Assembly (NCBI RefSeq): GCF_009914755.1
Contig: NC_060946.1
Length of the DNA stretch: 64,000 nt
DNA from: the human T2T-CHM13v2.0 reference genome, Homo sapiens
Reading direction: 5' to 3' (one strand)
Shown here: positions 56,740 through 64,000 of the stretch, in pieces
How the letters are laid out: every line of letters begins with the position of its first letter
Numbering within the stretch: position 1 is the first letter of the stretch
Notes under the pieces: model-generated
Database searches by the model: none
What the model was told of the DNA's origin: nothing
What the model saw: only the letters and a program-made list of their open reading frames with translations
Position numbers and translations under genes: made by a program

Positions 56740-57440
56740 GGGCAGCATCTCACTGCAGCTTAGATCTGCGTGTTTCTCACTCTGAGTGAAGGTCAGCAGC
56801 GGGTGATGGGAGGTTCCTTTCATGCCTTTGCCCATTTTTCTCTTGGGCTGTTGCTCTTTTTCTTACTGATTTGTATTGAGAACCAAAAACGGCCCTTTGT
56901 GAACTGAGTTGCCGATGTTTTTACCCTTTGTTGGTTATCATTTTATGGTGGTTTTTTTCTCTCCATGCATCTGCCTTTTATTTTCACGAGGTTGAATATA
57001 CCCATCTTTTACTTTATGGCTTCTGGGTTTTGTATAATTCTTAGAGTGACTCAAGATTGGTTTTTTGCCATCCATGCTTTCTTCTAGGAGTTTTATGGTT
57101 TCATTTTTACTTTTTAAATCTTAGTTCCACTTGGAACTTGTTTTAGCGTCAAGGAGTGAGGTAGGAATCCAAATGTTTCCTCCATATGTCAATTCCGTTG
57201 TCTTAAGGCCAAGTGTTGATTGTATATGTGGGATTATTTGTTGAATATTCCATCTCTCCTCTTGGATTTGACCTGCCTCTTCTCATATTTGCATTTGAGC
57301 CTCTTTCTGGACTCTTTCCCATCGTGTGACTGTCCAGGGTCTGTGTTAATTATCATGGTCTTAGAATATAAGGCGTTTCAGGATGCGACATGGCCCATCT
57401 CTCTCCGTATGCTCCTTCTTTCACGTGAACTTCACAATTG
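56740..57440 (-). mobile_element. Degenerate L1ME-like fragment
   Basis: T-rich island with tttgcccatttttctcttggg and tttcttctaggagttttatggtttcatttttac motifs. Confidence 0.55.
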
Positions 57441-60400
57441 CTCTGGATGGGCCTCCTGATTCATTCAAGGAACAAGCCGTCAGGCTTCAGCCAGGCCAGA
57501 GAATGGGCCGTGGGTCCCAGCACTGGGCTTTCATCTGGGTTCCATCCCATTGGCCTGTGCCCCAGGGCCTGGCTTCTCGGGACTCAGCCAGTCCTGCCGG
57601 TGGAGTGCGCAGGCGTGACGCTGAGTGCTGGACTCTGTTTCCACGCGAGGCCTTGGGGTGGAGGGGTGTCTCAAGGGAGTGGCCAAGGCAGAGGACCCTC
57701 TTTCTGGATGTCCTCACTTGCCCATGGGAAGGGAGGTGGTCCTGGCTGAGCCACAAGGCCCTGCAGGCCCAGGCCCTGCACACATGCACCTTGGCAGAGC
57801 CAGCCAGAGAGGCCTGATGACCAGAGCACCCAAGCGGCAAGGGCAGGCAGGAGTGCCCAGGAGGGAGCCAAGCTGTGGCCGCTCTGCTGAGCCATCCGTT
57901 CCAGCAGGCAGCAGGCAGCGGACTGAGAATGCTCAGTTCAGAACTCGAGCCTGGGCATGAACCGGAGCCTCCAGAAACCTGCCCCTTAAGCGGGCCGGCT
58001 AAGAGTGGCAGCTGGGAGCTGGAGACCCAGGACACAGGCAGCCCCCAGCAGCCCATGTGGCCTCTTCTCAGCCACACCCCGAGGGCCCCGGGCTCTGCTC
58101 CCACCATGGCCGGCGTCCTGGGAGCCCCTCGCCTGGCTGGATGGGCCAGTGAGGCGGTGGCATTGAGCAGAGGGTGGTGGGGCCGGCAGACCCCAGATGT
58201 CCTGACACAGGCTAGGAGAAGCGCCTCCAAGGCTGGCAGCAAACCCCAGCCAGCCTATATAGTCAGCAGGAATCCTGGCTAAAAATACCCCAGTCTCAGA
58301 GGCCCACCAGCTGCTGCAGTCTCAGAACCCCCTCCTCACGCTGGGCACCGCCCATGTGCCCCTCCACCTCCCTTGCAGGCAATAAGGCCTGCGGACACAG
58401 GAGGAAACTCAGGCCCTGTGCCAGCAAGTCCTAGCCCCAGGGCCTGGCCTCCAGGACTGCCCACAGAGGCCCCCATCTTACTGCAAGGCCAGGGCTGGCC
58501 CCGCCCTGCTCTGCACCCGTGAGCCTGGGCAGGGGTCAGGGCAGGCCCCATCAGGACCAGCTCGGGCAGGGGCGCAGGCTCTGCTGGCCCCACCCTGCAC
58601 AGCTCCCTGTCCCATGGCTCTCAGAGGCAGAGCCACTGGCTGGGGGGCAGAGCCCCAAGGACTTGGTCTGAGTCACCCTGGCAGAATGTGGGGTGCTAGG
58701 TGGGCTCTTCCCAGTCACCCCTGTGGGCTTCAAGTGACCACACGGCATGGCTATGCCCTTTATCCTGGAATCACTGGCTGGGGAACTCAGGCCAAGGCCC
58801 ACCTCCCCGGGGCTCAGTTTCCCCACCTGTACCCAGTGGGGATATGTGGAATAGGGGTCCAGTAAAGGTATACGGGGTGTTACAGCTTGCCTCTCAGAGT
58901 GTTTGTTGAGTGACTAAATGAATGAGGAAGTGAGCAGATGAAGGCAGTGAGGGAGGCTGTGAAGGGTGGGACCACTGCGCTCAGAGCAAGCCCTCAGCCT
59001 CTCCATCTGGGAAACGGAACAAACCTGCATGCCGCATGGATCATGGTGGCCCAGAGTGGGGTGCCCAGGGACCCAGGGAGCTCCTACAAGAGCAAGGCTG
59101 GGCACTAGCCAGCCAAGGCATCCTAGGGACCATCTCACTGTGGCCCCAAGGTGGGTTTGGCGGTCCACCCTGCCTTCCACTCCCCACCCACTCCTGCTGA
59201 CAGCTATTGCCATGCCTTCCCTGCCTTCCCTGCTCCACTGGGAGCTCGTGGGTGCTTTCAACAGGTGCCCCTCCCCCCCAACCCAGGTTTGACTGCCTGC
59301 TGGGCTCCTGGTGTTAACAGCAGCTCCCAATTTAGCTGTCACTGCCAGGTGGGTGGCTCTAGAAGGATCCGTACTCCCTGCAGGGGTGGGGGAGGGGCGT
59401 GAAGCCACAGCGGATGCCTTGGGCACAGCCCAGGGACCCCCACCTTCCGGAGCTCTGCCCCTGCACCAGATTTGTGCCTACAGGGACCAGAAGCCTCCTA
59501 CTCCCCAGCCCCACCCAGCCGGCCTCCCCAGAGAGAGGCCACCAAGTTGGTTGTGCCCACTGAGAGAAGACCCTGAGCCCATCTGCTGGCGAACACAAGT
59601 GGCCCGAGCTCATCTCAAGGTCCAGGAACCCTGGGGACTCACCCCTTCCTCTGGGCACCAGGAAGAGTGGTGGACCAGGGGTCCAGGTGCCAGCCTGGCA
59701 TGTCCCACTTGGTCGAGTGTCCTTTCATCTCTGTTCAGGTTCCCATCCTGGAGATGGGCCACAAGGGATCCAGTCCAGGGCTGGGGGAGGCAGCCCTGTG
59801 GGAGGAGGCCCTTGCTAGTGAAGGGTCAGAGGCATTTGGAGATGGGCAGGCCCAGTGGGATTCTTGGGGCCACTGCCAGGATTTGGTTGTCGGTCCCTTC
59901 CTTGTGCCAGCCCCCTTTGCTGCTGCGTGTGGCTTTGATGAATAAGAGATGAGGAAGCATATTAATTATGGCTTAACATGCACCAAAGTTGGGCAGAGGG
60001 ACTCCTAGGGATGGGAGTCCTCAGGGGTGCAGAACTGATGGGGGAAGACCAGGACACCCTCTGCAGCCCCGGGGATGGGGGATGGTGAGAGGCTTCTGGA
60101 GGAGGCAGAGGCTGTGGGCAAAGAGAGGGCTGAGAGAGGCTGCCAAGACGTGGGTCCACCTAAGCTCTCCAGACCTCCTTCTCTGGTCTGGAAAATGGGT
60201 GGTGGTAGTAGTGTCTACACTGCAGGACTGAATGGGATGACTCACTCAGCAGGCCTGGCACAGAGTCCTCTCGGGCCTTGGGCATGCAGCCACCCTCTGT
60301 GGTGAGAGCAGATGGCAGGCTGACGCCCCCCAGCTCCCTGGCACCGGGACCACATCCCTAGCCGCCCACTCAGAGTGCAGGGAAGGGTTGGTCACATTGA

Positions 60401-63400
60401 CACGCTTGGGCAGCAGGCATGTGCTTGCCGCATGACCTTCTAGCTTCCTTCCTGGTCTCTCCTTGCATTGGCCTGGAGTGGCCCAGAATGTGTGGAGCAA
60501 AGACCCAGTTTCCTTGCTGCCCATCCCTCCCCAGGAGACACCGAGGGCCTGGATGTCCGTGAGAACCGCACAGGCATGCCAAGGAAAGCCATGGCACGCC
60601 TATCTCTCCAGGCGGGAGATGAGCCTCCCGAAGCCCTGGGAAGAAGGGACCTTCCAAGGAGGCTGAACCGTGTCCCTGTCAGCCCAAGACGGGCCACTGC
60701 GAAAGGTCCCCTCATCTCAAGCTGGCTTCTATGGGCAGGCATGGAGTTTTGAGTGAAAACCCTGCATGATCCTCTCAGGGGACAGGAGGGGTGAACAAAG
60801 GAGGGACAGTGACCAGCTGACCAGGCCCTGAGGCATTAGCGTCTGCCTCGTCCACATGCTGTGCAAGCTCAGCGAGGCCAAGGGGCTGGGCCGAGGTCAC
60901 ACAGCTGGGCAGGGCCCTCATGACCGGCATGCTGGTCGTGGAGGCCGAGCCCCAGGTTGGGGGTGGGGGTGGGAGGTGAGGCAGCCCCTGGCCTCACTGG
61001 AGGGGGGTGGTGGGCTGGGGAAGCTGGCAAAGGATGTGCCCTACATGGTGGGTGTGAGGTGGGGAACGATTTGGGCAGATGCCCGTGTGGCCCTGCTGAC
61101 CCAGTCCAGGCAGGGTGTGACAGGTCTGCCCAGCCCTGAGGTCACAGCTGTCTGCAGTCTCCAGCTCACTCCTGATCCCCAGGGCCACGTGTCCAGAAAG
61201 CCTGGGAGCTTGCATCAGCTGGGCACAGATGGCCTGTCCTCCCAGCACCCCTGCTGGGGCTTCCTAGGAACTGACTGGTGTAGACTCCGGGCAGCAGACG
61301 GCCAGGCTCTGCCCACAGGGTCCCTGGCTCCTCCCATGAGGTGACCCGATAGAACTGGCTGTGCCCCTTGACCAGGGGCTCCAGCCCTTGTCAAGCCCTC
61401 CCTGCTAGCCCCTCACCAGCCGTCAGCTGCCCTCCCTCCCTTGCCCGTTGGGCCCTGGGGGGGTGATGGCTCCGCGGTCGCCTGCCCAGAGAGTACACCA
61501 CTCCCCATGCTGCCCCCCGACCTGGCTACACCCTGAAAAATGTGGCTTACCAAACCCTCCCACATGCACAGCCTGAGAAGCGGGCTGTGCCTTGCTGGTA
61601 GCAGACCGACCGGCTGCCTAGCCCTGCTCAACTCTGCCTCTGCACCCCCATAACTCCCTATCAGCGCTGGCCCACACCTAATCGTTCCAGCTAGCACCCA
61701 GGAGTGGGCTCAGCTTCCAGTGGGGAGGGCGCTGGCCAAGGTGCTGACCGAGGTGGCGGACACAGGAAACCAGCCGGTCCCCCAGCGCTCCCTCTGTGGG
61801 CCTTGGGCCTGCTCCCACTGCACAGACAGGTGGGGAGGTGGAGGCCCAGGTCCCAGCCCAGAGCAGCTGGGAACAGCCGGACTTGATGGCTGGAGAGGGC
61901 TGTGGTGCCAGAAGCCTCCAGGTTAGCCCTGGCTCCCCATTTCCCCCCATGCCCATCCCATGCCCCAGAATGGTCACTTTGGCTGCTGCAGGAGGGGTGG
62001 GAGGGGCTTTAAACCTATGAGATAGGGTGTGGGGTCACAATCTTCAATTGTAGTGGGCCGCTCTGGGTCACTGGTAATTGAGGAGACGCCTGCATAGTAA
62101 GCACGCAAGTGTCCTCTCAAGCCCTCTCTGCAAGCACAGAGCAGCCCGAGACTGGAGCCTGGTCCACCCCAGCGCTGTCCTCAGACTGATGGTCAGTGCC
62201 TCATGACTCATCTAGGGTCTGATACATCCCTGTGGTGAGAGCTCAGTTCCTAGTCTAGGGGCTGCTGCGTGCAGGGACCCTGGAGGAAGAATGCTTGTTT
62301 AGGGGTCAGGCCTCAGCCTCCCACTGGCTCTGTCAGCTTCGCCTGAGGTTCCCCATCTGTGCAATGGGTGATGACATCTTGGTGTGGCTCTGGGAGGACC
62401 TGTTGAGCCAGCTCAGGGGCTGAGCTGGTGGCACTCGGCAGCCAGCACCCTCTGGGGAGGTGGCAGTGTGTGCACAGCCCACCCCTTCAGGAGGCCAGGG
62501 GACAGAGTGGCTGGGGGTGTCTGGGCCCCACCTCACCTTCTGTGTGGCTGGGAATGGCATGCACTCCACAATGCCCTCATAAGCCTAGGCTGGGACAAGG
62601 GTGATAGGGATAAAGCAGGCCAAGGTGATGAGGGCCACAGAGCGGCAGCCAGAGGCATGTGGGCAGTGCAGCCTCCACACCAGGCAGAGGGCCCGGCCAG
62701 CATGGCTCCACCCTGGGAAGCTGCCTGCCACTGGGATCAGATGGGAGCACCAGGGCTCTGGGAGGTCCTCACTTCCTCTGGACAAGGCAGGCAGGTCACC
62801 AGCCCTGTGCCCTGCTCATCTCCCTCAGGGCCACCTCCATGGCCAGGGGCAGGCAGAGAGCACAGGGCTGCCCAGTCACCAGGTCTCTCTGCTTCATATC
62901 AGTGGACCTGGGCTCTGAGGGGAGCCATCAAGACCTCAGGCTGGCCCACTCCGTCCTTGAGTCAGGGTCCTACAGACTGACACCAGGTTGGCCTGCAAGA
63001 CCCTGGTTCTGTCATGCAGGGTGGGCCTGGGGAGGACCCAGCCCAGCTGAGCTGACTCCCAGCACTCCTCCAGGTGCAGGGACAGCCTGGCAGTTGTCTG
63101 AAGACCCCGGGATGGGCTTAGGAGCTCATCATCATCGGATGCCCCCCGAGCAGAAGACGGAGAAGGAACACCCCCACCCTGTGTGGTGTGTGTAGGGGTG
63201 TCACTGGGTTCTCTGGCTCCATGACGCCCCCCCCGGCCCCGCTGGGGGCTGGCTTGGTAGAGTGGGGGATGATACTAAGCAGGCGGCCTCGGAGAGCGTC
63301 TTCTGGGTTTGGAGGCCACATTCCGCAGGAAGGAAGAGGTGGGGGACCCCTGCAGGGTTATGGGTAACATCAGGCCTGGGTCCCCTCCCTGGGGTGGTGC

Positions 63401-63449
63401 AGAGAGGACCACAAAGGCCCAAGAGGGCCCCCAGAACGCTCTTAAGCCT

Positions 63450-64000
63450 TGAGCCTGTTTCTTACTGAAAAACGGGGGCGATCGTGCTCCAGCAAGGGGC
63501 TTCTGTGCAGGGGGCGGGGGGGGGGCGGGGGGTTCATGGGTTTCGTGAGGCCAGGAAGCGAGTGGGTCGGGCAGAGGCCATCCCCAGGCCTCGATGGCCC
63601 CAGCCGCCATCCCCTCCGCCGCCTGCAGGGCCGCCGCCTCTTCAGGAATGCGCGGCTTTGTCTAGGGCCCGGTGGGCTGAGCACCTCCTGCTGCCCGGCC
63701 TACGCTCCCCGGCCAGCCGCGCCGCTCACGCCCCAACTTGGGCCCGCGCCCCCCAGCCCCCGCCCAGGCCCGCGCCCCCCAGCCCCCGCCCAGGCAGGCG
63801 CCTGCGCCCAGGTGAGGGCCCCGCCCGCCGCCGCCTCCCGCGCCCTGCGCGCCCGCGGCCCGAGCCCCGCCCGAGCCGGGCGGAGCGGAGCGCGCGGAGC
63901 CTAGACCCGCTGCCGGGCCGGGGCTGGGCCGGAGCGGCGGCGCCTGGATGCCGGCCCGGGGCTGGGCCGGAGACTGGCGCCCGCCCCGAAGCGACTTTCG
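63450..64000 (+). promoter_or_regulatory. DGCR5: CpG island; probable promoter/first exon of lncRNA DGCR5
   Basis: Very high GC and CpG density with GC boxes is seen directly; the gene identity is inferred only from the known order DGCR6-PRODH-ERVK-24-DGCR5. Confidence 0.6.

Noticed and set aside
47000-63400. Many 100-250 aa ORFs (e.g. 51279-52034, 57487-58242, 59311-59952)
   Set aside because: Low-complexity P/G/A/R/W-rich translations on both strands, expected by chance at this GC content; no domains or consistent exon structure seen.

Overview
Human genomic DNA that I recognise as 22q11.21, at the LCR22A end of the DiGeorge region. Left to right it holds: the last four coding exons of DGCR6 (+, ~1-5480); the complete PRODH gene (-, 14 coding exons, 6567-29676, which splice to exactly 1803 nt = 600 aa + stop); an Alu/L1-rich upstream block; a single old Alu interrupted by both a solo HERV-H LTR7-family LTR and a 9179-bp type 1 HERV-K(HML-2) provirus (ERVK-24/K101, 32068-41246); an older HML-3-like remnant; an ERV1 solo LTR; about 17 kb of GC-rich intergenic DNA; and a CpG island at the right edge (probably the DGCR5 start). 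The provirus has open gag, pro and np9, a 1-nt pol frameshift, and a 1171-aa in-frame Pol-Env fusion ORF. The locus itself is well studied, so I do not claim a wholly new system. The most promising less-described observations are: the head-to-head LTR7/LTR5Hs pair nested in one Alu just upstream of PRODH; a pol lesion that one -1 slip at its own stop codon would repair exactly; a PBS change creating a strong-Kozak uAUG; a putative 67-nt 5'UTR mini-intron made mostly of (GGGGC)8; and a ~235-bp intragenic direct repeat flanking two PRODH exons. All alignments were done by eye, and repeat subfamily names are from recall.
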